From Alphaproteobacteria bacterium (lineage in GTDB: Bacteria > Pseudomonadota > Alphaproteobacteria > SP197): 64,000 bases of DNA. Below the pieces are notes generated by a model. It was not told the DNA's origin. It ran no database searches and was given only the letters and a program-made list of their open reading frames with translations. Of the stretch, positions 1-10,100 are shown in pieces (position 1 is the first letter of the stretch; each line of letters opens with the position of its first letter). The stretch spans positions 864,001 to 928,000 of the forward strand of contig OZ219917.1 of NCBI GenBank assembly GCA_964291415.2, read 5' to 3'. Both the position numbers and the translations under genes were made by a program.

Positions 1-229
1 GCTCGTAGCGGTCGACGGGATAGACGTGATCGGGCGCACGCAGCATGTCGAGATGTTCAAGGCACAGAGCCAGGACCCGGGAGGGTTCATGGACACCATA
101 CTTCTCGATCGCCGCCCAGTCCTCGACCGTCGACTCGTCGAAACGGGTGAATGTCGCCTTCTTCCTGATCGGCCCGCCCTCCGCAATGAGGTCGTGGGCC
201 GTCCGGGGTCGTTCCGCAACGAGGGTCAT
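1..229 (-). CDS. HD-domain metal-dependent phosphohydrolase-like protein (5' part; runs off window start)
   Basis: Manual translation from ATG 229: MTLVAERPRTAHDLIAEGGPIRKKATFTRFDESTVEDWAAIEKY...PVDRYE. The FTRxDESTxEDW...PVDRxEH pattern is typical of this HD family. Absent from the ORF track because it is open at the edge. Confidence 0.65.
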   Translation of the reverse strand, partial: MTLVAERPRTAHDLIAEGGPIRKKATFTRFDESTVEDWAAIEKYGVHEPSRVLALCLEHLDMLRAPDHVYPVDRYE

Positions 230-310
230 GGGGTGGCCTCCCGGTGTTCGTGTAGCGTGCCCATCATGGAACGTCGCGGGACCGTCTGTCCACCCGGTTC
301 GCCCCTGGGT

Positions 311-418
311 GATGTCAATCGAGCCAGTGTGCCAATCGCGTCGTGAGTTGGCGCCGATGGCCAGCACGGCAGCCTTGATCCGGTCCCAGTCGAAACCGTC
401 GTTGGAAAGGATGCGCCG
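311..418 (-). pseudogene. Possible remnant of an AbiEii-like nucleotidyltransferase toxin
   Basis: Startless frame reads RRILSNDGFDWDRIKAAVLAIGANSRRDWHTGSIDI. Resemblance is from memory only. Confidence 0.25.
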
Positions 419-688
419 GTAGCCCGGGCGGAAGATCAGAGCGCGGCGTGCGGACCGACGGCGATTCGGAAAGGATTGCCGTCCCGACGCTGTGCAGTGT
501 TCTGCGATCGATCTTCCTGTTGCCTCTGAACCTGGCATCAAGCCGCTGGTGGCGGCCCGTAGCGATGACTTCGTTCTGCCACTCCGGCAGTGGTGTCAGC
601 GGCTCGGTGTGCATTCGGGAAGCAGCAGCGCGTCGTGAATCCGCGCCGCCATGCGTTCGGCAGGGTCTTGCGGTGGCCTCGGGCGTGT

Positions 689-889
689 CGGCAGGGAACG
701 AACGCCGTGCAACACGATGCCGATGCGGCGCTTCGGGCGTCCACCGAGCAGGTCGATCTGCGCGAAGCGCTCCAGCAACATCTCGAACGCGATCTGTCCC
801 TCCAGACGCGCCAGCGGTGCAAGCAGGCAGTAGTGGATGCCCTGCCGGAGCGATATCCGGCGTCGAGGGCGCTCAAACTCGAAGGACCT
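689..889 (-). pseudogene. Cytochrome P450 C-terminal fragment (degenerate heme-binding region)
   Basis: FEFERPRRRISLRQGIHYCLLAPLARLEGQIAFEMLLERF..RPK...VLHGVRSLP is a decayed FGxGxHxCLGAPLARLE motif. The rest of the gene is absent. Confidence 0.8.
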
Positions 890-939
890 GGTCATTGCGC
901 GAAGGCGGGATGACCGCACGGACCTCGTCCAGGGATCGC

Positions 940-977
940 TTGACCGAAAGGGATAGCCGGTATATATAGCCAGCTAT
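940..977 (+). promoter_or_regulatory. Sigma70-like promoter of the TA operon with overlapping repeats (putative autoregulatory operator)
   Basis: TTGACC (940-945), 17 bp spacer, TATATA (963-968). ATAGCC occurs twice around the -10 element. Confidence 0.5.
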
Positions 978-993
978 AAGACGGAGACCGATC

Positions 994-1296
994 TTGACCA
1001 GTCCGGCACAGCAGAGGGCCAACAAGAACTATCGTGAACGCCTGGCTGAACGTGGCGTCAAGCGATTCGAGGTCATGGCCCCGGAAACCGACCGGGATCT
1101 GTTGCGAACGCTCGCGCGTCGACTGGCAGAAGGCGGTCCAGAAGCGGATCGGACACGAGCTGCGGTCAGGGAACTGGTCGTGAGCGGCCCGTCCGGACCA
1201 GGCGGCATTCTTGCGGCGCTGCGTCGCTCGCCGCTTGTCGGGGCCGATCTCGACCTTTCTCGGCCGCGCATTGAGGGGCGCAGGGTCGATCTTTGA
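994..1296 (+). CDS. Type II TA antitoxin
   Basis: 100 aa (AQQRANKNYRERL..RFEV...GGILAALRRSPLVGADLDLSR); 4-bp overlap with the downstream PIN gene. Confidence 0.8.
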   Translation: MTSPAQQRANKNYRERLAERGVKRFEVMAPETDRDLLRTLARRLAEGGPEADRTRAAVRELVVSGPSGPGGILAALRRSPLVGADLDLSRPRIEGRRVDL

Positions 1297-1751
1297 CACG
1301 CTACCTGCTTGATACGAACATCATCAGCAACACCGTCAAGCCACAGCCGTCGGCGCTCCTGTTGGACTGGATGGCGGCCCGGCAGGACGAAGACCTGTTT
1401 GTTGCGTCGCTGACCATCGCCGAAATCCGGCGCGGCATTCTCGAGCTGCCGAGCGGCAGAAAGAGGGACGGACTTGAGGCCTGGTTCACAGGTGAAGAAG
1501 GGCCACAGGTACTTTTTGCCGGGCGAATCCTGTCGTTCGACGACAGGGCCGGTCTCATCTGGGCGCGCCTGATGGCGGAGGGCAAAGCCCAGGGCCGACC
1601 GCGCAGCGCACTCGACATGGTCCTCGCCGCGGTGGCGGAGGCGAACGACTGCGTGCTGGTAACGGACAATGAAAGGGACTTCAGGGGACTGCGGATGTTC
1701 AACCCCTTGCGGCACATGGGAGCAGGGAAGGGCCATGGCGATGAGCGCTGA
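1293..1751 (+). CDS. vapC: PIN-domain ribonuclease toxin, VapC/FitB family
   Basis: YLLDTNIIS, TIAEIRRG, D in SALDMVLAA, LVTDNERDF: the conserved acidic PIN residues. Confidence 0.92.
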   Translation: MTRYLLDTNIISNTVKPQPSALLLDWMAARQDEDLFVASLTIAEIRRGILELPSGRKRDGLEAWFTGEEGPQVLFAGRILSFDDRAGLIWARLMAEGKAQGRPRSALDMVLAAVAEANDCVLVTDNERDFRGLRMFNPLRHMGAGKGHGDER

Positions 1752-1928
1752 AGCCTGAATGCAGTTCGATCGGCTCCGCCGGAACCCGAACGTGATCAAC
1801 ACCTGGAAACGTCGCGAGGCGTCTTGCGGATCAACGGCGGCGGTCTCGATTGACCGGTGTCCGGATCGCGCAGCCGGCCGGCGCTCTTCAGGCCCTTGCT
1901 GGTGTGCGGCGCACGTCCCGCCGTGGTT

Positions 1929-3107
1929 TCAGCGGCGTGACGCCCAGGCGATGGCGGCGAGGGCTGCCGCGCCCGAAAGGGCGAAGGAACCCATGAGAAC
2001 GAAGAGAGTGCCGTCGTAGAGGTAGCCGATCAGCCCTCCCAGGGGCACGGCGACGATGGTCGAGATCAGCGTGACGATGGCCGCTCCGACGCCGGCAATG
2101 TTGCCCAGGGGCTGCATGGCAAGGGCGTTGAGATTGCCGAAGAGCAACCCCACCCCGCCGAAGACCAGCACCAGCGATGCCAGGAAGAGCCACAGGGGCG
2201 GAACGCCGTCGAAGGGGAAGATCAGCCCCCAGGTGACGGCGGCGCCAAGCGTCACGACGATGGCGGCGATGACGGAGAGCCGGAGCATGCCATAGCGCAT
2301 GACGAGATGTCCGTTGATGAGAACGGTGACACCGAAGGAAAGGGCGAGGCCCGCGAAGTAGAGGGGAAAGAGGAGGCCGACCCCGTAGGTGACCTGAAAG
2401 ATCTGCTGTGCGGTGCTGAGATAGGCGACAAAGGGCGCGAAGGCGCAACCCTGCGCCAGTGTGTAGGCGAGTGCCTGGCGGGTTCGCAACACCATGGCGA
2501 CCGACCTTGCGACCGCCGTCACCGAGAACGGCAGGCGATGCTGACGGGGCAGGGTTTCTGGCTGGCGAACCATGAGCCACAGACCGGCGATGCCTGCCAC
2601 GACGAAGAGGGCAACGAAAATGGCCCGCCAGTCGGCAACGAGCAGAATGCCCTGTCCCATGGCCGGAGCAACCATGGGGACCGTGATGAAGACGGCCATC
2701 ACGAAGGACAGGATGCGCGCCATCAGGCGTCCCTCGTACTGGTCGCGCACCAGGGCCATGGAGACGACACGCGGTGCAGCGGCCCCCACGCCCTGGAGTA
2801 TGCGTCCGGCGATCATGACCCAGAACTCCGTGGCGGCGATCGAGATGACGCAACCGGCCATGAAGATCGCCAGACCGATGAGAATGGAACTCTTGCGCCC
2901 GATGCAGTCCGACAGCGGTCCGAAGAGAAGAGGTCCGATGCCCATGCCGAGGAAGAGAGCGGTGATGATGTACTGCACGTCGTTGCGCGCGGCGGCCCCC
3001 AGCTCGGAGCCGATGTCCGGCAGGGCCGGCAGCATGGCATCGGTCGACAGCGCCGACAGCGACATGAGCAGGGCCACCAGCGGCACGAATTCACTGCTTC
3101 TCAACAT
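1929..3107 (-). CDS. Bcr/CflA family drug-resistance MFS transporter
   Basis: ALSTDAMLPALP, GPLSDCIGRK, GRILQGVG and multiple TM helices. Start placed at ATG 3107. Confidence 0.9.
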   Translation of the reverse strand: MLRSSEFVPLVALLMSLSALSTDAMLPALPDIGSELGAAARNDVQYIITALFLGMGIGPLLFGPLSDCIGRKSSILIGLAIFMAGCVISIAATEFWVMIAGRILQGVGAAAPRVVSMALVRDQYEGRLMARILSFVMAVFITVPMVAPAMGQGILLVADWRAIFVALFVVAGIAGLWLMVRQPETLPRQHRLPFSVTAVARSVAMVLRTRQALAYTLAQGCAFAPFVAYLSTAQQIFQVTYGVGLLFPLYFAGLALSFGVTVLINGHLVMRYGMLRLSVIAAIVVTLGAAVTWGLIFPFDGVPPLWLFLASLVLVFGGVGLLFGNLNALAMQPLGNIAGVGAAIVTLISTIVAVPLGGLIGYLYDGTLFVLMGSFALSGAAALAAIAWASRR

Positions 3108-3418
3108 GGGCTGTGCCACTCCCGAACGGAATTCTGACCGGGTCAAGGTGATGTCCGGGAGAATTCTGAAGACCCTGGCGAACACATCTCCTGCAAGGAC
3201 TGTCCGCCTGTCTCGTGCGGACGCTACCACCATGGATGCAGCCCCGCCACCGACCAGCGACGGACCAGGCGGATCGCTCAAGAGAGGTGCTGTTCGTGAC
3301 AGGAACCGGGTCAGCCGCACCGGGCGTTCGCGAAGCGCGTGACGTCGTTTCAGTCGGCAGCCTGCCGGACACCGGCAAGGTGGTGTCGCGGACCGTCCAG
3401 GGAGACGTGGGACGCCGG

Positions 3419-4180
3419 CTACTGGACCAGGGGCGAGTCCGCGGCGGCGATCCGGAACCCGGAGATGCTGGCGTTGCCTGCGAGAAGCTGGACGTACTGG
3501 CGAAAGGCCCGGCGCCAGGACGCCTCCTTCATGTAGTCGGCCACCTTCCCGGCGACGGCGTCGTAGGGAAGCTGGCGCCCGGAAACCCGCTTGTCGACGC
3601 GCACGACATGGATGCCGTATCGGCTCCTGACCGGAACCGGCGAGAGCTGGCCATCGTCCAGGTTGAAGAGAAATGTCTCGAGTTCGGGCACGGTATCGCC
3701 ACGCGACACCTGGCCGAGCCTGCCATCGTTGTGACGTGAATCGCAGGCCGAATGAGCCCGCGCCAGTTCGCCGAAGCGCTCGGGAAACTCGCTCAGGGTG
3801 TCGATGGCGCGCTTGGCCTCGATCTCCTTTTCGGCGCGCGCTTCGGCGGCGTCGGGCGGCGCCGCGAAGAGGATGTGCGCCGCTTCGACCAGATCGGGGC
3901 TGCGAAAGCGCTCCCGGTTGTTGGCATAGTAGCGGCGGCACTCCTCGTCGGTTGGCTCGGGGACGTCCACCTCGCGTTCGATCAGGGTCTGGAACGTCCC
4001 GCTGTCATCGTCACCCTCGATGCCGAGGGCCCGTGCCCTCTCGAGAATGAGGGTGCGGATCACCAGCCACTCGCAGGCGGCCTGGCGTGCCTCGTCGGCG
4101 CTCTTCGCCGGGTGATACTGCATCTCCCGCAGGATGTCGTCTTCGCTGATGTGACGATCGTTGATGCGGATGCCGGTCAA
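3419..4180 (-). CDS. PpiC/NifM-like peptidylprolyl isomerase associated with nar operons
   Basis: REMQYHPA, AAHILFAA, FGELARAHSACDS..GRLG, SRYGIHVV; lies directly after narI. Confidence 0.85.
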   Translation of the reverse strand: MTGIRINDRHISEDDILREMQYHPAKSADEARQAACEWLVIRTLILERARALGIEGDDDSGTFQTLIEREVDVPEPTDEECRRYYANNRERFRSPDLVEAAHILFAAPPDAAEARAEKEIEAKRAIDTLSEFPERFGELARAHSACDSRHNDGRLGQVSRGDTVPELETFLFNLDDGQLSPVPVRSRYGIHVVRVDKRVSGRQLPYDAVAGKVADYMKEASWRRAFRQYVQLLAGNASISGFRIAAADSPLVQ

Positions 4181-4184
4181 GGGA

Positions 4185-4889
4185 TCAGGCCGTCCGCTTG
4201 TGATCGCGGCTGCGCACCACCTGGTAGCCGCGGCGGCCGAGATAGCCGACGGGGGCGCTCCAGATATGGACCAGGCGGCTGAACGGAAAGATGAGAAAGA
4301 TGGTCAGCCCGAGAACGATATGCGCCTTGTAGACCCAGGAGACGTCGATCACGTGGAGTGCGGCATCGCTCTGGAAGGTGACGATCTTCTGCGCCCACAG
4401 CGACAGGGTCACCATGATGTCGCCGGTTTCGCGATGCGCCCAGGAAAACGGCAGCGTCACCATGCCGAGGACAAGCTGCAGCCACAGGATGACCAGGATG
4501 CCAATGTCCATGGCGCTCGACGTCCTGCGGATGCGCGGATCGAGAAGACGCCGGTGGAGCAGCATGGTGAGACCGACGAAGCACACGGCGCCGGCGATGC
4601 CGCCGGCGACGACCGCCAGCACCTGCTTGGCCGACGAGGTGAGGCCGACGGCGTGGTAGATCTCCTGCGGTGTCAGGAGTCCGACAAAGTGCCCGAAGAA
4701 CAGGAACAGGATTCCGACATGGAAGAGGACGCTCCCCATCATCAGCTGGCGCCGGCGCAGGAGCTGGCTCGAGCCGCTGCGCCAGGTGTACTGCTCGCGG
4801 TCGAAACGGATCAGGCTTCCCGCCAGGAACACCGTCGCCGCCAGGTAGGGGTAGTAGCCGAAGACCAGGATGTGGAACCAGTCGCCCAT
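4185..4889 (-). CDS. narI: Respiratory nitrate reductase gamma subunit (cytochrome b)
   Basis: YYPYLA, QYTWRSGSSQLL, FHVGI..GHF, HIVLG, PFSRLVHIWS (heme His residues). Confidence 0.96.
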   Translation of the reverse strand: MGDWFHILVFGYYPYLAATVFLAGSLIRFDREQYTWRSGSSQLLRRRQLMMGSVLFHVGILFLFFGHFVGLLTPQEIYHAVGLTSSAKQVLAVVAGGIAGAVCFVGLTMLLHRRLLDPRIRRTSSAMDIGILVILWLQLVLGMVTLPFSWAHRETGDIMVTLSLWAQKIVTFQSDAALHVIDVSWVYKAHIVLGLTIFLIFPFSRLVHIWSAPVGYLGRRGYQVVRSRDHKRTA

Positions 4890-4891
4890 CG

Positions 4892-5584
4892 TCACACTCC
4901 GTCCCGTGCGTCGTCCACGGGAAGCGCCAGTTCCGCCATGCGGTTGAGCGTCTCGCGCGCTGCCGGGCACGAGCCGTCACCGGCGAAGGCGGGCACCTCT
5001 TCCCAGTCGCTGTCGAGCTGAGCGGCCTCCGCCTCCGGTGTCCTGTCATGTTCGAGGAGGTCTTCCACCGCGGCGCGGGGCGCCTTCCTGCCTGCCAGGT
5101 CCTCGAGTGCCGCAAACACCGCGGCATAGTCGCTGGAGCGCCGCTCCAGGCGAATGCGGATGGCCGAGAGGATGTGGACGACGTTGCCGAGAAGACCTCT
5201 CGCTTCCTCTGAAGGGATCAGCGACAGGAATTCGAGGAAAAGCGGCAGGTAGTCCGGCAGTTCGTTGGCATCGATGCGATAGCCTGCGGCCTCGTAGTGG
5301 GCCGCCAGGTTGACCATCGCCTGGCCCCGGTCACGGGATTCACCGTGAATGTGCTCGAAGAGGTGAAGGGACAGGCTGCGCGACCGGTCGAACTGGCCGA
5401 CATATATTTCCTGCGCCTCGAGGAGTTCGCCCTTGCCAAGGCGCGTCACAAGCCGGTCGACCGCATCCAGCGTCTTGCCGGAGAGGCGTGTGTCGGCACG
5501 CAGGACCGCGCGGATCTCCGGCGCCGCCTCCGGCAGTGCGGGGCCGGGGTACTGCAGCAGGGCGCCCAGGGCACGGTAGATCAT
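4892..5584 (-). CDS. narJ: Nitrate reductase molybdenum cofactor assembly chaperone
   Basis: FDRSRSLSLHLFEHIHGESRDRGQAMV, ELPDYLPLFLEFLS. Confidence 0.96.
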   Translation of the reverse strand: MIYRALGALLQYPGPALPEAAPEIRAVLRADTRLSGKTLDAVDRLVTRLGKGELLEAQEIYVGQFDRSRSLSLHLFEHIHGESRDRGQAMVNLAAHYEAAGYRIDANELPDYLPLFLEFLSLIPSEEARGLLGNVVHILSAIRIRLERRSSDYAAVFAALEDLAGRKAPRAAVEDLLEHDRTPEAEAAQLDSDWEEVPAFAGDGSCPAARETLNRMAELALPVDDARDGV

Positions 5585-7125
5585 GATCGCTCACCGGCAT
5601 GGTCACCCGATCGCCCGCCCGCGCTCGGTCCCACCCGGACCTCGTGGCTGAAGAGATCGATGCCGCCGCCGCCGCTGCATCCGTCGCCAAAGCTGAATCC
5701 GCACTCTCCGCGCAGGTCGAAGGCCTCCTCGGCGTACTCGCGGTGCGTGGTGGGGATGACGAAGCGGTCCTCGTAGTTGGCGATCGCCATGGTCTGGTAC
5801 ATGTCCTCGACATCCGCCTCGGTCAGACCGGCTTCCTCGAGAACGTCCGTCGCGCGCCGACCTTCGACATGCCTGGCGCGCATGTAGATCCGCATGGCCA
5901 GCATCCGTTGGAGACTCAGCGTGACCGGCTTCTCGTCACCGGCGGTCAGCAGATTGGCGAGATACCTGACGGGAATTCGCAGCTGGGAGACGTCCGGGAT
6001 CAGGCCTTGCGAACCGAGCATCCCGCTCTCCGCCGCCGACTGGATCGGCGACAGCGGCGGCACGTACCACACCATGGGCAGCGTCCGGTACTCGGGGTGC
6101 AGCGGGAAGGCGACCTTCCAGTCCATGGCCATGCGCCACACGGGCGAGCGCTGCGCCGCGTCGATCCAGGCCTGCGGAACGCCATCCTCGAGCGCCTGGT
6201 GGATGACGTCCGGATCATGGGGATCCAGAAAGATGTCGAGCTGCGCCTGGTAGAGGTCCCGGGGGTCCTCGACGGATGCGGCCTCCTCGATGCGGTCGGC
6301 GTCGTACATGAGTACGCCGAGGTAGCGGATGCGACCGACGCAGGTCTCGGAGCACACCGTCGGTTCGCCGGCCTCGATGCGCGGATAGCAGAAGATGCAC
6401 TTCTCCGATTTTCCCGAGCGCCAGTTGTAGTAGATCTTCTTGTAGGGGCAGGCGGAAACGCACATCCGCCAGCCGCGGCACTTGTCCTGATCGATGAGGA
6501 CGATGCCGTCCTCCTCGCGCTTGTAGATGGCGCCGGACGGGCAGGCGGCGACGCAGGAAGGATTGAGGCAATGCTCGCACAGGCGCGGCAGGTACATCAT
6601 GAAGGTGTTTTCGAACTGCCCGTAGATCTCCTTTTCCATGGCCTCGAAATTGACGTCGCGGCTGCGGCTGGAGAATTCGCCGCCGAGTATCTCCTCCCAG
6701 TTCGGCCCCCACTTCACCGTCTCCATGCGTTCGCCGCTGATCAGCGAACGCGGACGCGCCGTCGGCGGCGTGCGTGATTCCGGCGCGTTGTGGAGATGCT
6801 CGTAGTCGAAGGTGAAGGGTTCGTAGTAGTCGTCGATCTGCGGCATGTCCGGGTTGGCGAAGATCTTTGCCAGGATACGCAGCTTGCCCCCCATTCTGGG
6901 GGCGATCCTGCCGTTCTTCTTGCGCACCCAGCCGCCGTTCCAGACGTCCTGGTTCTCCCACTGCCGGGGATAGCCGATGCCGGGCTTGGTCTCGACGTTG
7001 TTGAACCATGCGTATTCCATGCCCTCGCGACTGGTCCACACGTTCTTGCAGGTGACCGAGCAGGTATGGCAGCCGATGCACTTGTCGAGATTGAGAACCT
7101 TGCCGATCTGTGCTCGCACTTTCAT
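5581..7125 (-). CDS. narH: Respiratory nitrate reductase beta subunit
   Basis: LNLDKCIGCHTCSVTCKNVW, CEHCLNPSCVAACP, CRGWRMCVSACP, CIFCYPR Fe-S motifs. Confidence 0.98.
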   Translation of the reverse strand: MKVRAQIGKVLNLDKCIGCHTCSVTCKNVWTSREGMEYAWFNNVETKPGIGYPRQWENQDVWNGGWVRKKNGRIAPRMGGKLRILAKIFANPDMPQIDDYYEPFTFDYEHLHNAPESRTPPTARPRSLISGERMETVKWGPNWEEILGGEFSSRSRDVNFEAMEKEIYGQFENTFMMYLPRLCEHCLNPSCVAACPSGAIYKREEDGIVLIDQDKCRGWRMCVSACPYKKIYYNWRSGKSEKCIFCYPRIEAGEPTVCSETCVGRIRYLGVLMYDADRIEEAASVEDPRDLYQAQLDIFLDPHDPDVIHQALEDGVPQAWIDAAQRSPVWRMAMDWKVAFPLHPEYRTLPMVWYVPPLSPIQSAAESGMLGSQGLIPDVSQLRIPVRYLANLLTAGDEKPVTLSLQRMLAMRIYMRARHVEGRRATDVLEEAGLTEADVEDMYQTMAIANYEDRFVIPTTHREYAEEAFDLRGECGFSFGDGCSGGGGIDLFSHEVRVGPSAGGRSGDHAGERS

Positions 7126-10100
7126 GACGCCGCCTCCATGGCCGTGGCCGGCAGTGGCTCATCCATCCAGTCTACCTCCCGCATCCGGCGCACGATCACG
7201 AATTCGTCGCGATTCGAGCCGACAGTGCCGTAATAGTTGAAGCCGTAGGACTGCTGCGCGTAGCCGCCGATCATGTGGGTTGGCTTGACCGTGGCGCGGG
7301 TAACGGAATTGTGGATGCCGCCGCGGGTCCCGGTGATCTCGCTTCCCGGCATGTTCACGATTTTCTCCTGGGCATGGTACATCAACGTCATGCCATCCGG
7401 GACACGCTGGCTGACGACCGCACGGGCCACCAGCGCTCCGTTGGTGTTGTAGGCTTCGATCCAGTCGTTGTCGCTGGCGCCGATCCTGGCCGCATCGCCT
7501 TCGCTGATCCAGATGATCGGTCCGCCGCGGGACAGGGTGAGCATCAGGAGATTGTCGGTATAGGTGGAGTGGATGCCCCACTTCTGGTGCGGCGTGATGA
7601 AGTTGAGCACGACCTGCGGGTGGCCGTTGTCCCTGTCGTCGATCAGCGGCCGGATGGTCTTGGTGTCGATGGGCGGCTTGTAGACGCACAGCTGTTCACC
7701 GAAGGCGCGCATCCACAGGTGGTCCTGGTAGAGCTGCTGGCGGCCGGTCAGCGTGCGCCACGGGATCAGTTCGTGGACGTTGGTATAGCCGGCCGTGTAG
7801 GTGACGTGTTCCGATTCCACCCCCGACCACGTAGGCGACGAGATGATCTTGCGCGGCTGGGCCTGGAGGTCTCGGAAGCGCAGGCTGTCCTCTTCCCGGG
7901 GCGCCGCCAGGTGTTCGTGATCGCGTCCGGTTGCCTTGCCGAGCGCTGCCCACGCCTTGACCGCCACCTTGCCGTTGGTCTCCGGCGCCAGGGCCAGAAC
8001 GACCTCTGACGCATCGATGTCGGATTCGATCCTCGGCAGGCCCTGCGTGATGCCTTCCGCGCGCACCTCGCCGTTGAGCCGCTTCAGGAAGGCGACCTCG
8101 TCATCGGTGTTCCAGGTGATGCCCTTGCCGCCGTTGCCTGCCTTGGTGAGCAGCGGCCCGAGAGCGGTGAACTTTCTGTACGTGTTCGGGTAGTCGCGCT
8201 CGACGACCACCATGTTGGGCATGGTCTTGCCGGGCCGGGGATCGCACTCTCCCTTCTTCCAGTCCCTGACTTCGGTCGCCTGGGCGAGTTCGGCGGGCGT
8301 GTCGTGCAGTGTCGGCACCAGGACGAGATCGTGCTCGACACCGAGCGTGCCCTCCGCGAGGTCGGAGAACGTCCTGGCAATTCCCTTGAAGATCTCCCAG
8401 TCGCTGCGGGTCTCCCACACCGGATCCACCGCTGCCGACAGCGGATGGATGAACGGATGCATGTCCGAAGTGTTGAGATCGTTCTTCTCGTACCAGGTCG
8501 CCGTGGGCAGCACGATGTCGGAATAGAGACAGGTCGTCGACATGCGGAAGTCGAGAGTGACGAGCAGGTCGAGCTTTCCTTCCGGAGCGCTCTCGTGCCA
8601 TTCCACCTCGACCGGCTTGCACCCGTCCGTTTCTCCGAGGTCCTTGCCCTGCACGCCGTGCGTGGTTCCCAGCAGATGCTTGAGGAAGTACTCGTGCCCC
8701 TTGCCGCTGGAACCCAGCAGGTTGGAGCGCCAGACGAAGAGATTGCGCGGCCAGTTCTTCGGATTGTCCGGATCTTCTGCAGAGAGACGCAGCTCGCCCG
8801 ACGCAAGCCCGGCGACGGTCGCCTCAACCGGATCATCCTCGCCTGCCGCCCGCGTCACCTCCAGCGGATTGGTTTCGAACTGGGGAGCGGAGGGCAGCCA
8901 GCCCATGCGCTCGGACCTGACGTTGAAGTCGATGAGGCTGAGCGAGGTCCACTCTCCGTCGGGCGCCAGTGGCGAGACCAGTTCGCTGGCCACCAGCTTC
9001 TCGTATCGCCACTGGTCCGTGTGGGCGTACCAGAAGGAGGTGCTGTTCATGTGCCGGGGCGGCCGGTTCCAGTCCAGCGCGAAGGCGAGCGGCAGCCAGC
9101 CGGTCTGGGGCCGCAGTTTCTCCTGACCGACATAGTGCGACCAGCCTCCGCCCGACTTGCCCACGCAACCGCACATCACCAGGAGGTTGATGATGCCGCG
9201 ATAGATCATGTCCATGTGGTACCAGTGGTTGAGGGCGGCGCCGACGATGATCATCGAACGCCCCTCGGTCTTGTGAGCGTTGTCCGCAAAGGCCCGCGCC
9301 ACGGCGATGACCTTGCCGCGTTCCACCCCGGTGATTCGCTCCTGCCATGCCGGCGTGTAGGGCACGTCGTCATCGAACGTACGCGCGACGTTGTCGCCAC
9401 CCAGTCCGCGGTCGATGCCGTAGTTGGCCACAAGGAGGTCGAAAACCGTGGCGACCGGCATCTCGCCTTCCCGGGTCGCGACGGTCTTCACCGGGACATG
9501 GCGCCACAGCACGTCGTCGTGATCCGTGCCTGTGAAGTGGTCGTGGAGCGTGTTGCCGAAGTAGGAGAACCCCACTGCAAGGACGTCGTCACGGGACTCC
9601 AGGAGGCTCAGACGCAGCCTTGTCGCCTCTCCACGGGCTCCCTCCCTTTCCTCGATGTTCCACTTGCCGCTCTCTCCCCAGCGGAAACCGACGGATCCCA
9701 CCGGGCACACGAGGGAATCGTCTGCACCGGCGTCCATCGCGACGGTCTTCCACTCCGGGTTGTTGGCCTCTCCCAGGGCTCCTTCGATATCGGCGGCGCG
9801 CAGCAGACGATCCGGCACCCAGCCTTCGTCCGTCTTTCTCAGGGTGACCAGCATCGGCATGTCGGTAAAGCGCCGGCAATAGTCCTCGAAGTAGGGGCTC
9901 TTCGTCGCCAGGTGCCATTCCTTGAGGATGACATGCCCCATGGCGAGTGCGAGGGCGGCATCCGTGCCCTGCTTGGGGTTGAGCCAGATGTCGGCGAACT
10001 TCGACGCCTCGCTGTAGTCAGGCGTGACCGTCACGGTGGTGGCGCCCTTGTAGCGGACCTCGGTCATGAAATGGGCGTCGGGCGTGCGTGTCTGCGGCAC

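Noticed and set aside
1752-1928. Possible acyl-CoA dehydrogenase remnant (DHVRVPAE) after vapC, and ORF-like scraps at 14800-15100 and 21220-21550
   Set aside because: Too short and ambiguous to assign without a search.
3108-3418. Riboswitch (Moco or cobalamin) in longer intergenic regions here, at 40724-41030 and at 46493-46858
   Set aside because: No conserved aptamer motifs recognised by eye; a covariance-model search would be needed.
1929-3941. 670-aa ORF suggesting a long N-terminal extension on the Bcr transporter (likewise 15506-17161, 33405-35891, 19552-21219)
   Set aside because: The extensions overlap other real genes and are low-complexity; family similarity begins at the downstream ATGs used in the features.
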